NCBI RefSeq assembly: GCF_006345805.1
Contig: NC_042999.1
Span: forward strand, 90,272,001 to 90,336,000
Source: Octopus sinensis
Lineage: Eukaryota
DNA length: 64,000 nt
Reading direction: 5' to 3'
Each line of letters opens with the position of its first letter. Position 1 is the first letter of the stretch. Positions 26,670 to 39,879 of this stretch are shown here, piece by piece. Under the pieces are notes generated by a model. The model saw only the letters and a program-made list of their open reading frames with translations. It did not search any database and was not told the origin of the DNA. The position numbers were made by a program, and so were the translations under genes.

Positions 26670-26962
26670 GTACATATTTATTCATAAGCATATAAAAGTA
26701 GTGTTGGGAGAAAAAATATATATATAATATCTGTCTCATAACAGCAAATTTATTTTATCAAATAAACATTTAAAATTGTTATGTTATGGAGTATATTCAG
26801 TGCATTTATATTGATATCAGCACTAGCGAGGTGACCATGTAAATTGTAAGGCAAAGATACATCCACCTTCTCCACCACCTTACTATCACCATGCTGGCTC
26901 AACAGAAACCAAGTTGTGCTCCACATCACGTTTTTACATGTATTTTGCACTTACAATTTATA

Positions 26963-28263
26963 TTGGCTTTGCAAGAAAGTAATTTTGTTTTTTGCAAATA
27001 GATAGAGTTACAATATTATTTAATGACTTTTGTCAATGTTATGACTTTTTCCCTTTTAACATTTTAGAAGAAAATTGCACGTAAATAAATACAATATTTT
27101 TTAATGACTTTTGTCAATGTTATGACTTTTTCCCTTTTAACATTTTAGAAGAAAATTGCACGTAATTTTATTTACAGTTGTTAGTTCAGTGTCAATTTTC
27201 ACATGGAGTGCAAAAACGAACATTTTTGCCATATTTTGCTTTTTTATTTCCATAAAGGCAAAAAGCTGCTGAGTTTATGGTGTTAATTGCTTAACAGAAC
27301 GCACATGTCAGAAATGGTTTAAAAAATTCTGTTCTGGAGATTTTTCACTCAAAGATGACCAACGTTTTGGTCGATCTATTGAAGTTGATGATGACTGAAC
27401 CAAAGCCATAATGGAATCTGATTGTCATATAACTGTGCCAGAAATTGCAGAGAGGTTAAATGTATCACACACAACAACTGAAAATCACTTAAAATGTTTT
27501 GGACTCATTAAGAAGCTTGATATTTAGGTCCCACATAAATTGGAAGAGACTCACTAAACACAATCAATATTTGTGATATGCAATGAAATTGACATTTTTT
27601 TAAAATGAATCATCACTGGTGATGAAAAATGGATTGTCTATAATAACATCAATCGGAAATGATCATGATCGAAGTATAATGAACCAGCACAAACCATATT
27701 GAAAGCTGAATTGCATCAAAAAAAGGTCATGCTGTCAATTTGGTGCGATTACAAAGGTGTTGTGTATTTTGAACTGCTTCCAAGGAACCAAACAATTCAG
27801 ATGTTTACTGTTAACAACTAATGAAACCGGAAGAAGCAATCAAAGAAAAACGGCCAGAATTGGCAAATCGTAAAGGAACCGTGTTCTACCATGACAATGC
27901 TAGACCACACACATCTTTGCTAACTTGTGAAAAATTATTGGAGCTTGGTTGGGAAGTGATGTCACATCAACCATATGAGCCTGACCCTGCATCATCAGAT
28001 TACCATTTATTTCAAAGTTTGCAAAATACTTTCAATGGTGAAACTTTCAATAATGATGATGACTTGAAATTGCACTTGCTTCAGTTTTTGGCTGATAAGA
28101 ACCAGAAGTTCTATGAGCGCAGATTCATGAAGTTGTCAGAAAATAGCAAAAGGTCATCAAACAAAATGGAAAATACCTAATTGATTAAAGTTCATCCTTT
28201 GTATGAAAACAAATGACTTTTATTTTACACTAAGAAACCGAAATTACTTTCTTGCCAACCCAA
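26963..28263 (+). mobile_element. Full-length decayed mariner (DD34D, mellifera-subfamily-like)
   Basis: TA-flanked TIRs TTGGCTTTGCAAGAAAGTAATT / AATTACTTTCTTGCCAACCCAA; 1301 bp. Confidence 0.92.
27203..28180 (+). pseudogene. Mariner transposase pseudogene
   Basis: MECKNEHFCHILLFYFHKGK, ITGDEKWIVYNN, VFYHDNARPHTS and PDPASSDYHLFQSLQN; several frameshifts and stops. Confidence 0.93.
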
Positions 28264-28624
28264 TATTATATTGCGCACAACTCATCTTCTGTTTATAACT
28301 GAGAGAATACTCTTATATGGATTTCGTTTAATTACATAACTGATCAACAATGACATGTAATTACATATATGTGTGTGATCTTGGATTTATGTACATGTGG
28401 GTACACACAGGGATACAAAGGTTTCAATGGACTACTACAGTACAGGCCTTGTACATATATCACACATGCAAGTAATGTACATACAGTTCAATACAATTGT
28501 AACAATCAAAGATATTCTACTCACTTTACCAACACATTTGTGTATACTTTGCCAATACATGTGTATATTTTTAATGCCTATTGGATAACTTGTACCACTT
28601 ATGATAGACATTTGATATTAGCAG

Positions 28625-28850
28625 CAACAAACAGGACATCATCATTATTTTATGGTCGTTTTCCTATACTAGCCATGGGTTGGAGGGTCTGACAGGATCT
28701 AATGAGCCACAGGATAGTGTTAAGCTCTAGTGTCAGTTTTGGCATGGTTGCTATTGTTAGATGCCCTTCCTATCACCAACCACTTTACAGTGGTTTCTGG
28801 GTGATGTTTTTGTGCCAATGACTCTAGTGAGATTGCCAAGTAACTTGTAA
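28625..28850 (-). mobile_element. Old RTE tail fragment
   Basis: CATCATCATTATTT...CTAGCCATGGGTTGGAGG...GATGCCCTTCCTATCACCAACCAC resembles the RTE tail consensus. Confidence 0.65.
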
Positions 28851-29634
28851 GACAATAAATGGATAGGAAAAAGCCACCTTGATTGATTGGAGGAGTGTAT
28901 TTGAGAGGAGGGGTGGTGGCTTTAAGCAGGTGTTAAGAGGTTAAAATATGATAATGGGACAAGCACAAGTGTTTTACTATAGAGGAGATATATAGCTACC
29001 CTGCACTATATAAAGGTGGGCTAGAGTAGTTGGAAAGAAGGTGAAGATAGTAGTGATGAGATACCAGAGCAAACTTTCAAGCTACAAGAAGGTGAGAGAA
29101 TATGAACAGTGGATTGAGGGGTTGGGGAGAAGTTGGGTAATTTCATAAGAGTGTGAGAGGAAAGTAACAGATGGTTAGAGATGGGGGAAAGAAGTGAATA
29201 TATTGAGTGTCTTCATGCAATCTTTTAGGCTCTGAGCACATGGCTTGGTGGTTACATGCTATTCAACTGACAAATGGGGCCCTAACAGATGCTACAATTC
29301 CAGATCAGTAGACCTGGCAACAATAATGGCTAAGAGGTAGTTCAATGCTCCTCAAAACTCTGGAACTCCCAAACTAGAGTCCCACTACCAGATGCAAGGG
29401 CTTATAAGGTTATATCACAACTAAAATATTGTATTTTTTGCCAACATTTTGAGGAGCTTAGCTGTTGTCTCATTTGAAACCTGTGCATAAAAGAGCATAA
29501 AAATACCAATAGTGTTTGCTACATTTCTCATTAAACACATACACACTTTTTTGTAGCATTATTTTTGAAAATTAGAAAAAGATGAATAAGTAGAATTTAT
29601 TAAACTGAACATCTTTAACGTGAGTTGAACCTAC

Positions 29635-29707
29635 CTGGAACTTTACCATTATTTCGAGCGGCAGCCTTGTCCATAGTTTCTTTTACACAAAAATACAGTT
29701 CCCGGCA
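29635..29707 (-). CDS. MADD: MADD exon: CRELYFCVKETMDKAAARNNGKVP(G)
   Basis: 73 nt, atcag acceptor, CAG|gtaggt donor, phase 0 to 1; matches CRELYYCVKDSMERAAAR. Confidence 0.96.
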
Positions 29708-30688
29708 CTGATATTAGAAAACAACTATATAAGTATTTTTAAATCACAGCTGAATATTGTGGAATATATTTACATTATATTCATAGGGTAATATAACAAT
29801 TATACCAAATATTTTGCACAACCAGTGTAGATGCTGAAATGTTTTAATTAATTTGACATATCTGAAAATGTGTCTCATTACTGCTAGATGTTTGAAACAA
29901 AACATGTAGCAGTAAAATGTGATAGAAATAGAGATCAAAATATATTAAAGTAGTTTTTTCATGAGTTTCAATGTATAATATCTGTATCTCCGTAGAAACA
30001 TAAAAAAATCTCAGTAGGTTTTTGTATTTATTTTTATTTTTCTCATAATTTCTTTATTGTAGAAGTAAGAAGTTGTAATATTCATAACTCTCCAAAAGCA
30101 TTTGTGGTTTAAGTGAACTGCATCTCTTGAAAATTGAAACCAGTCAATGTCAATTCTTAAGGAGTTTACCTTTTGTTCTACAGCCATATCTATGATATAA
30201 ATATTGTGATTTCTTCTTATATCTTTCCACTACCATATTGGGGATTCTTTACATAGACATGAAGTCACTACTTTGTAGTGTAGTTGATGCAGCCAACTCC
30301 AATATATCACTGATCCTTATTTTATTGACTTTAGAAAGACAAAGTCAACCTTGAAAAATTTAAACTTAGATGAAACTATGAATACTCTGGTGCTGTTATG
30401 TATCTATCAATCCACTGCATTGATAATAGTTTCTAAGGGGCCAGAAAATTTGAAGAAGTGATGAAGATGATCTCTTGCCCACTATTTGACTGGTAAATAA
30501 GAGTTACAATTCTTTCTGCTCTAATGCCTAAGAAAAATAATACAGTATGTCATCTATTTTATTAATTTTATGAGTTGAATTATAGTTAAAGAGTTTTTTT
30601 TCCATCAAGTGCTTTTAATCAATCCTTATATTTGTTACATTTGTGGTATATATAAAAATAAAGAAAACTATTTACTGTTAAGTCTTAC

Positions 30689-30853
30689 CTTTTTAGTATA
30701 GAACTGATTAAGATGTACGCGTTCACCATATTTTCGCCAGAGACATAAAACTTTGGTTTTTGGGCAATAAGTCATGTTGACCAGCTTCTCATACCACCAT
30801 CGATCACATATTGCTCCTGTAACACTGCGTAGGATAATGCAGTCATCGCATAC
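30689..30853 (-). CDS. MADD: MADD exon: [55 protein letters not shown]
   Basis: 165 nt, tatag acceptor, AAG|gtaaga donor, phase 0 to 0; contains the conserved [22 protein letters not shown] motif. Confidence 0.98.
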
Positions 30854-32010
30854 CTATAATAGAACATGAGACATTTAACTGAATTAAATAGTTTACATAG
30901 CTAACATTTCAAACAACAAATCAAAGTAAATTTATGGCAGATTGAATTAAAAAGTTTAATAACAAGAAATAAAATAAAATATATAATTTCTATCAGAAAC
31001 AAGTCTGGATACCTTTCTGCTCTTAGACATTAAGTAATATTGTAGAAGATACAGATTGTATTGAATCCTTATTGCAGTTTTTCTAGCTTCCTTATACTGA
31101 TTTTTAAGTATTTTTAAGGGATGAAGTGGTGCGAGCTAATATGAAAGATGCTGCATTTCACAGAGGAGATGACAAAATAGCACATGGATTGGTGATACAT
31201 GGTGCCACAGAAGACTCTTCCACCATCAGTAACATTTACTCTAGTTCAAAGGTAGTATCTAAAGGCTGCAATATTTGTACCCTGTCAAGTCTATATTTAC
31301 TTCCCCCATCTACTTATTACTGAAGCCCCTTCTTAAGCCATTTCCTTATCCCTCATAACCTTCTGCCTCTCTCTCATCTTCCCAATAGCTGTTATTACTG
31401 CATCATCCTCATTACTTTGTGCACTTGCCTTTCAGTAGACCTATCTACAGGAGATTGTATAGGTCACTGTTTCTTCCCTACCATCCAATGCACTCCAACT
31501 TCATCATGTTCTATTGCCAGCTAGCACTCTCTATTCTCTGGCCAACCACTATTGCATCTCTCACATACTCTCAGTTTTATCTCATCAGCATCTCTACTTT
31601 AATCGGTCTCAGTTATTGCCTGCCCTGCTTCCACATGCTGTAACCTTATCTTATTTCCCATCTCTACCTGTTAATTACTACTCCCTCAATCACCTCTGCA
31701 TATCCCTGCCTTCTTCCTATCATAATCTTATTTTTTCCACTCCTATCAGTTCTGTTGTCACTGTTCTTTCTCTCCAGTCATTTTTTCCAGTTACTTGTAC
31801 AGAGTAGGTCTTCATTTATTGAATACTCTCTATACCTACATTTATTCTCCTATCCTTACTTATACCCATTTCTGACATTATTGTCCTCCTTTCCAAATTC
31901 ACATTAACTGTGAACAAAGCCCCTCCACCACCTATGGTTCACACTGTTAAGTAGCTGCTTTCTATCTGGTGTTTCAATGGGACTCCACATAATGGTTACA
32001 GCACAACATA

Positions 32011-32438
32011 CAGGTCGTCCATCGACTTACAACCTATCCGGCTTACAACTGATCAAAGTGCCAGCTCCCAGCAGCAATAATAAATAGTCCAGTTGAAATC
32101 TAATGGGTTTAATTTCTCAGAAATTAAGCTGTCTATGGATGATGTCAGCTAACAAACACTTCCCCTAGGTTTGGTTATTGATCACCACTGTTTTGGATGA
32201 CTATCCTGTCACGGAGACATTGAGGCAACCTTGAATTCGTTTATAAGACAATTGCTTGAGACTCTGAAATTTTTGACGAATGCCAGTATAATAGTATAAT
32301 GCAGAATGCTGTGTGTGAGTTTTACCTGAAAATGTACCTTAAGAATGTAAAAATATAAAACAAAGCTATGTAGGCCTATAGGCTGACTTACAACCAGTCA
32401 GTTGGAACCAATTGTGGTTGTAAGTCAACGACGACCTG
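32011..32438. mobile_element. Tigger/pogo-type MITE
   Basis: TA|CAGGTCGTCCATCGACTTACAACC ... GGTTGTAAGTCAACGACGACCTG|TA; 428 bp, no ORF. Confidence 0.85.
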
Positions 32439-32715
32439 TACTACTTAAAACCTTACCCAACTTAAAACAAAGAAAGAAGTAGATCACATAAGGAATTTAA
32501 AAATTAATAAAATACTCTGAAGATTTATGAGAAATCTTTTGTCTTTTGTGCTATTCAAATTTCAAGATGGCATTTTTCTTGTAGTTATTAAATTTATTGT
32601 GTTCATCAAAATTTGCTGGAAAAATTGAATGGAAGATAATTGACATTATTATATCACTGTATTTCATTGAAACAAAGCCAGATCATAATGTGTTTCTATA
32701 TCATATATGGCTTAC

Positions 32716-32823
32716 CTCCATAAACAACATATCCCCTGTATTGTCACTGCCCCAATGTACAGTGAATGACTGTTTCTGCATGAGTCTGCTGCCCATGGGT
32801 TTCAGATCAATATCATTGCCATT
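32716..32823 (-). CDS. MADD: MADD exon: [36 protein letters not shown]
   Basis: 108 nt, ttccag acceptor, GAG|gtaagc donor, phase 0 to 0; matches [36 protein letters not shown]. Confidence 0.96.
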
Positions 32824-33299
32824 CTGGAATTAAAATAGAAAAGTTAATTTTATAACCGTGAAATGTTTAAATTATATTTGAAATTTACAACAAAATTATG
32901 AAGTCATGAATAACTGATGCCAAATGAAGCGAAAAATTCAAATCCTCTACTTTCTGAATAGCTCTTAATCTATATATACCTGGATGACACAACAGCTATT
33001 GTTTCAAATTTAAATATTCACAAGTATTAGTTCTCATCATAACCAAGATTGTCACCTCTCTTTCTACAATGCATGTTAATACAGTTAAACTTTTTCTGAT
33101 TTTAGAAACCAAGCAAGCTTTTTATTCTTAATCTTACACTCTCAATCACTTCTTTCTCCCTTTTGACAACTTATTAATGGTATCTGATGAACTGTTAGAA
33201 TCTGAAAATAATACTTCAAGGAGATATCCTTTTCCCTCCTTTATTTATAAATGGCATTTTTCAGTAACATTGCAAGATTTTGAGAAGCACATTTCAGAT

Positions 33300-33600
33300 A
33301 AAAGATTTTGATCTTGGTTGCAGGAAGCTCTTTAAATGTGTCTAAAATGAAGACATCCCAGTTAAGCTGCCCATCTTAGCTAGGATGTCCTCATGTGGAC
33401 TCTGTCCACCTCTCATCTTTTAGAGAGAAAATTTCCTGTTAGACTATTCTATTACAACTTTTGTTAATGGGTTTACCTTTGGTTTACATTCTATCGACTC
33501 TGGTGTACCTCAAGATTCAGGGTGTCACTTTTTCTGACATATATTGACCAATTTGCTGTTACTTTTAATGGCATACTCCATTGCATATGACTACACTCTA
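33300..33600 (+). mobile_element. Highly decayed LINE RT remnant
   Basis: Contains HSIDSGVPQDSG, resembling the RT motif SGVPQGS. Confidence 0.4.
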
Positions 33601-35256
33601 CATACAAAGAAATAAATCATGCCTAATCTGCATGACATTTATAAACAAATTCAAAAAGCATACTTCAATGGGGACATGGTAACCTAGTCTTGTTTATGAG
33701 TATAAAAACACAAATCTAAAAAAAAACAAGTAAACAGTTTTGTGCACTACCCTACACAAGCACGTAGACAAAACACAAGAAAAGTTCTCAAATAGGAACA
33801 GATGCTTAGCTTTATAATCCCTGGTGATCTTCTGTATTTAAAATTAAGACTATATCACAAACAAGGCTTCTGCAAAACTAAAATCACTTATCACTGATCA
33901 GTTGCTGACCCTCTATAAGGTTTAAGTATGACCTACATTAGAGTACTGCTTAAATACCTGGGATAGTGCTATTGCTGCACATATACAAACATCCTACATC
34001 ACATTCAAAATATGATGATTCAGCCACTTGGTAAAGATTCACTCACCAAAAACCTACAAACACTGTTTCACAGACACAGCATTCCTTCTCTCAACCTTTC
34101 TTCTGCCTTTTCATTGGTTTTAGTCTTTTGAAAGAGCTAGATGCATATCACCTATACACTGCCTCACCAAATTCAACTGCCTCGCTTCTCTTCATAATAG
34201 TTATCTCAAGTTCTCAAGCTCAAGTACCATGTCTCACTCCTCAGATTCTGTACCAAACACTGCCCAATGGTTCCTTTCAATCCTTTGCAATTTCTGTATT
34301 TTTCTGACAGGTACTGATAATATTCAAACTGAACATTAGTAACATTGATTTTACTAGAGTAGGAGAGCTTAAAAGAGTAAAGTTCTTTCTTCTCTGACTA
34401 AAAAAAAAAGGGATAACTAACTAGAGCTGTGGATATATGCAACTGTATTCTCCACCCCAACCAATATAGGAATTTTTTCTAACTACAGCACCGTAATTCT
34501 TCTCTTTGACATTATCATTACATAATTAAATTCCTTCAACCTTACCTATTTAAAACACCAGAAAACTAGATTATTTGAGATCTACTGATCTATGCAATAC
34601 ATATTTACTTTTAAGCTAAGAACTATGTTGAAATTATGGTTTCTTAATACAAGAGCATAGCCTTGGTCAACTCCTTTAAAAGAGTTTGGGAAAAGAACTA
34701 ATCACCTGTTCTGAGCCTTTCTATTAGATCTACTCAAGCAGAGCTAAGATAGTCTGTTCAGCAACAAAAACAATAGTTCTTAGCATTTCGACATGTTTTG
34801 AATAGCATTATTTCAAATCTTAATCTTAACTCTTGCTCTAAATAGTTTTTGACCTTTCCTCTATCTTAAATATCCATTACTACATTGTACTGATCTCATA
34901 TATGGTTTGATAACTTCTTTTGATTACTGGCACCCAAAATCATACTCATCAATTAATAAAATCCACTTTACTGAAAATATTCAATATCTGGACCATTGTT
35001 GATTTGTATTCTTTCTCTACTTCATCACAGTTAAGAAAATCAACCTTTCTGCTTTTCACTACCTACACTAGTTCTTCAAACCAATTGGTGAAACAAAGTT
35101 AGTTTTGAAGGAGACATTAAATAACCAACAATAAATACTTTTAAAATGAATGTTACTTTATGCAAAGTTATTACTGTGAGAATATTCAGTTGACATCTTT
35201 TATTAGAGTTTATTAAAGGGTAAAATGTGGAGAATTCCCAAATTTTGAAAACTTAC

Positions 35257-35473
35257 CAATTTATTAACTTCATCTAAAAGGTTATTGACATCTTGACTGT
35301 ATTGGAGGCCAATGTGAGATTTACCAAGCAATCGTCTAATTTTTTTCTTGATTTCTGGTTTCTTTACATCCATCATTACCATAAACCCAATATGATTATA
35401 TAACATATCAGACAATAATTTATCTTCATCATGTTCTAAACGTTTTTTTTCTGAATCTCCAAGTGAATTGTAC
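35257..35473 (-). CDS. MADD: MADD exon: (R)[72 protein letters not shown]
   Basis: 217 nt, ccttcag acceptor, TTG|gtaagt donor, phase 2 to 0; matches KRLEDDEDRLL...KKVRRLMGKSHIGL. Confidence 0.97.
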
Positions 35474-36350
35474 CTGAAGGAAAAAATGGTAACTTTAATA
35501 TATTCAGTAAGGAAAAAAAAACTACATAAAAGAAAAAAACCTTATATAAAAGAATATGAATATAAAGGTATACTAAAATATAAAATAACAGCATAACAGA
35601 ACTATCATAATTTCGCATCATTTAACAATAACCTTAATCTTGATTCAACTATGTTATTCAAGATCTCAATTGTTACTTAGCAGTATCTTTCCTTAGGAAT
35701 TATTCATTAATTTCTATCACATATTCATATCAGTGCCATTATATTCATATATCAACTAAAAGTTCAACAATTTTGCTATCTTGTGCCTGTGAACTTAACT
35801 GTACAATCCACTTGCAATCCACCAAGCAAAAATAATAGTGTGAGCAATCTAAACGTCATGGACCAGATAATGGTTCAGGAACTTGACTTATCTCACAGAT
35901 GTTGATTGATATTAATGATGCAGTAGAATCAGGAATAAAAAGTGGCAGAAGCTCAAGAAATTGTTGTCTTTACAAATAATAAAAATGTTTCCTAACAACA
36001 GTCAGATGACAAACATTTGTCATGAATGTGAAGTATTATGGTAGTGAGGCATGAACATAAAGTACTGACTATCAATGGAACTGAAGGGAATAAGTGAATT
36101 GAAGTCAGATATAGACATAACTGAGTGGTTGAATCAATAATGCTTTGCAATCTTCAGAAGTATTAACCACAACTGTCATATGAGGAAAACTCAGAGAGAA
36201 ATAATCAAGAACTAATAATAGTTGAATTTAAAGGAAAAGATCATCAAAGAAGATAAAGAGAATTTGCTAGAGCCAAATGTCACATAAGTGATCTAGCCTA
36301 GAAGAGAAATAAAATGTGAATGGCAAGAGGAAGCAAAAGTAGCTACATAC

Positions 36351-36471
36351 CTTTCCATCATTTCACCTGGTCCTTGATCCATGCCAATAATATCTCTTTC
36401 CTGGGCAACCGCATCTAAAAACATATCCTCCCAAAATTGCATTGAATCCCATAAACGACTGCGTTCTTTAC
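36351..36471 (-). CDS. MADD: MADD exon: (G)[39 protein letters not shown](R)
   Basis: 121 nt, ttgtag acceptor, AG|gtatgt donor, phase 1 to 2; matches [21 protein letters not shown]...GMDQGP. Confidence 0.97.
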
Positions 36472-37155
36472 CTACAAGATATCAGAATAGAAAAGTGATA
36501 GACTTGTATTCCATAAATTCATCATTGTAATTAAGCATATATGTGCCAAGGGACGACAAACTTGTTATTGATAACTACAATGCAAGGATTGGAATTAATC
36601 ATAGCCTGATAGATTAAGAAAAGTGAATTTGAACAGTTTCCAATTGCTCTAATTTTGGCAAAGCAGGACTTGATTATTCCCATACTTACACTTCATACCC
36701 ATTGAGAAAGGAACCTAAATTTACATGAGATCTAAAAATTGGTACTTGACTTTGTACTTGTGTGCTCTCATGATATGCAATATGCATACAAAGTGTATGC
36801 ACTGAATGTTGCAGAATGCTCAACAGTCTATCATATGGTTAGAGCAAAGTTTGAATTTGTTAGACATAAGTGTTTTGGAGATGGTAGGAGTCTGAATTCC
36901 ATTGATGTACACCATCATAAAGTAGAAGTTGTGTATGAACTGAAGGTAAAATTGGACAGGCTGGAATTAAATAGTAGATGTAAGGGTTTTGAAGATAAGA
37001 CTTCTGATGTCTATAGCAAATATATTAGGTTATAAGAAATAAAGAAACCAGGACTTGTTTGATAATAGCATTAATTTGAAGCAATACTCAAAGTAAAAAA
37101 AAAAAAAAAATCCACAATGTACATTGCTTGTTAAGCTCTTACAAGATAATCTTAC

Positions 37156-37312
37156 CAATTAAGCCTTCAAAAAGATATGTTTTCCCTGTCTCTGGACTAG
37201 GTAGTGGGGATGTATTAATCATCTTTCCATCATGATAACGAAATCCAGCACTTAAATTACTTTTAGTACTCCAGATACTTGATGATCGACTACGTCTGTG
37301 GTAGTTCACCAT
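37156..37312 (-). CDS. MADD: MADD exon: MVNYHRRSRSSSIWSTKSNLSAGFRYHDGKMINTSPLPSPETGKTYLFEGLI(G)
   Basis: 157 nt, ttgcag acceptor, G|gtaaga donor, phase 0 to 1; YLFEGLIG corresponds to human YLYEGLLG. Confidence 0.93.
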
Positions 37313-37688
37313 CTGCAATAGCAGTATAAGCAATATCATCACACAATTAACAATAGAAACAAATGGAGAAAAGTAATACAATACATCAACCTAATTCAAG
37401 AGAGCATATATAGTCAGTAGATACAAAACCAAAGGAGATGATGTATATTCTAAATGATCTATCTTAAAAAAGTTACTGTATCATTCATTTAACATCTTGA
37501 TTTTCTATAGCAGCATCATTTGTTTACTCTAAGAATTTGAAGAAATACTGAATATACAATAAAGCTAATCTATAGTATTTAAATGCTTCTTCATTGGAGA
37601 AATTCTTTCCAATTAGAAAGGTTTTGCTTGGTAAAAATGAAACCAACATCTTTTGTGCAATAGAGTAATTTAACTATAGGCATAAGAG

Positions 37689-38163
37689 GCAATAGATGTC
37701 GTGTGCAAGAGAGACGAATATGCTGGTATGGTCATGTGACACGTATGGTTGAAGACAGCTGTGTAAACAAGCGCCAATCCCTAACTGTGGAGGGAACCTG
37801 TGGTAGAAGTAGACCCAGGAAGACATGGGATGAGGTGGTGAAGCATAGTCTCCAAACTTTGGGCCTCACAGAGAAAATGATTAGTGACCTTTGGTGATAT
37901 GCTGTGCTTGAGAAGAAGAACCATCAAACCAAGTAAAACCACAGTTGTGGCAGATACCGGTGTCATGCAAATGGCACCTGTACCAGTGGTACGTAGAAGC
38001 ACCCATTACACTCTTGGAGTGGCTGGCATTAGAAAGGGCATCCAGTCATAGAAACCATGCCAAAATAGACAGGAGTCTGGTGCAGCCTTCCAGCTTGCCA
38101 GCCCTGGTCAAACAGTCCAACCCATGCCAGTACAGACAACAGATGTTAAATGATGGTGATAAT
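37689..38163 (+). mobile_element. 5'-truncated RTE-LINE (ORF end plus tail)
   Basis: QERRICWYGHVTRM...GRSRPRKTWDEVVKH is homologous to 10599-10931 and is followed by the same 3' UTR. Confidence 0.88.
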
Positions 38164-39421
38164 AACCAGGTCTCATCTCAAAAGCAAAAGGCTGTTTAGT
38201 CAGAAATTATGATGAACGGATTTATATTTTTAATTCCTTTATCAGAAAGAAGCCTGACATTCCTATAATTATTATAATACTTTTGGTTGTCTATCATTCA
38301 CAAATCACATCATTTTCTTTCTCCTACTGTCTTACATCCAGTACAATAGTTCACACAGTTACTTTTTTTGGGGGGAGGGAGGGAGTGATATAGAAGCTAT
38401 CATTTAATGGTCAATGTAAATCCACTTAAAGTTAAGTATTCTGTATTGCATTTTTTAAACTTATAGTTTATAGAACTTTAAAAAAATTAACTTTACCTAC
38501 ATTCTCTAATATAAATATCATCCATGTGCTGTACCAATGAGATACAAAGATACTGAAACATTACATAATTTCTAACATTGAAACATTATATAATATAATA
38601 TCGAAACAAATATGTAATATTTAACTTTAACCCCTTCACACTAAGTGTCATACTGAAGTTTAATACAAATAAAAGGAAAAAATCTTCAGCTGGAATTAGA
38701 CTTTCCTATGCTTTACATTGAACATCTCTAAAGAACAATGAATTAACATTCAAAGTATATGGGAGATCAAACTAAAAAAAACCCAGTTATAATTGATTTT
38801 AAAGAGTTGATACATAGATAAACTATACTCAAAGAATAAATATGGTGTCTGTGATGGACATATTACAATAAAATCTGTGCAGAATTAGAATTTAGGAAAT
38901 TTTACATGAGAAAATAAAACCTCTTTGGCAATACCCTGTCTACATTTTTCCTACTGTCATCAACTAGCAGAAATTTAAGTTAAATATTAACTACATCAAC
39001 TACATTAGTAGTCTAGGAGGGCCTAGAAGCTATGAAGACTGGAACTTTTCACTGTTAAAAATATATAGCAAACAATGAATATGGTAGTTTTTGTAGCATA
39101 ACTCATTTTCACTTATGATAATGTAGCAGTGGAATCTCTTATCAGACAGTAAAAATAGGCAGTCCTAAACTATAAATGGTTGTTATACGCTATATTATCA
39201 GAAGTCCAATAATTTAACCTCAATCTTTGAGCTTGAAATGGTGAATAATATTAGAAACCTAAACAGTGACTAAACATTAGGAAAAGAAAAGACCTTTTTC
39301 AACTTCAAAATAAATACTTTTCCACAGTAAATGGCATCAATTTTAAATTATTTGTTGTAAACAAGATATTTTTGTAATATTTTTCTAAGAAATTAAAAAA
39401 ACAACAAAAATCCCAACTTAC

Positions 39422-39879
39422 CCCAGAAAGTTCCATCTCACTATCTGACACAGTATTCCTAACCAAATGATGGCTAACCTTTGGTTTCTGGCGCCGTTCC
39501 TCCTCAGGTTGATTATCAGAGCTACTGCTTACTAATGTGCTGCCATCAGAGACTTCTGAATCAATGCTGTTAACCTTATTTTTCTTCCGAGCTTTAAGTA
39601 ACTCTTTATTGCGTACAAGATCATGAAGAATATCACTTTCAGTATCTGCAGACTGCTTATCTGGTTCAGCACCAGTCACAACAATGTCACAAGATTTGAC
39701 ATTCTCAGAAGCAGAGTCAGTTGTATTTGTTTGATCAGCACTGTGACTTTTATCACTTTCTGATTGTTCTTCAGCTTCTCCAGCATCAGTATCTCGATAG
39801 GCATCTTCACTTGTAGTTTCACCAACTGATGCAATTTCTATGTTTTCAAATTCTTCTCCATTGATAATGACTGGAGAAC
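39422..39879 (-). CDS. MADD: MADD large acidic, Ser-rich exon: (G)SPVIINGEEFENIEIASVG...VRNTVSDSEMELSG
   Basis: 458 nt open frame, aatag acceptor (alternative ccag 9 nt downstream), GGG|gtaagt donor, phase 1 to 0, compatible with the next exon; TVSDSEME resembles human TLSDSEIE. Confidence 0.85.

Noticed and set aside
31320-31960. Pyrimidine-rich stretch with hydrophobic ORFs
   Set aside because: Compositional bias typical of decayed repeat sequence; not a membrane-protein exon.
33182-33215. CTGATGA...GAAA motif (CTGATGA also at about 41605 and 51183)
   Set aside because: No stems I-III can be formed, so not hammerheads.
36520-37035. 98-aa ORF and a VPRDDKLVIDNYNARIG-like peptide
   Set aside because: Probably a very old RTE endonuclease remnant antisense in a MADD intron; too decayed to delimit.
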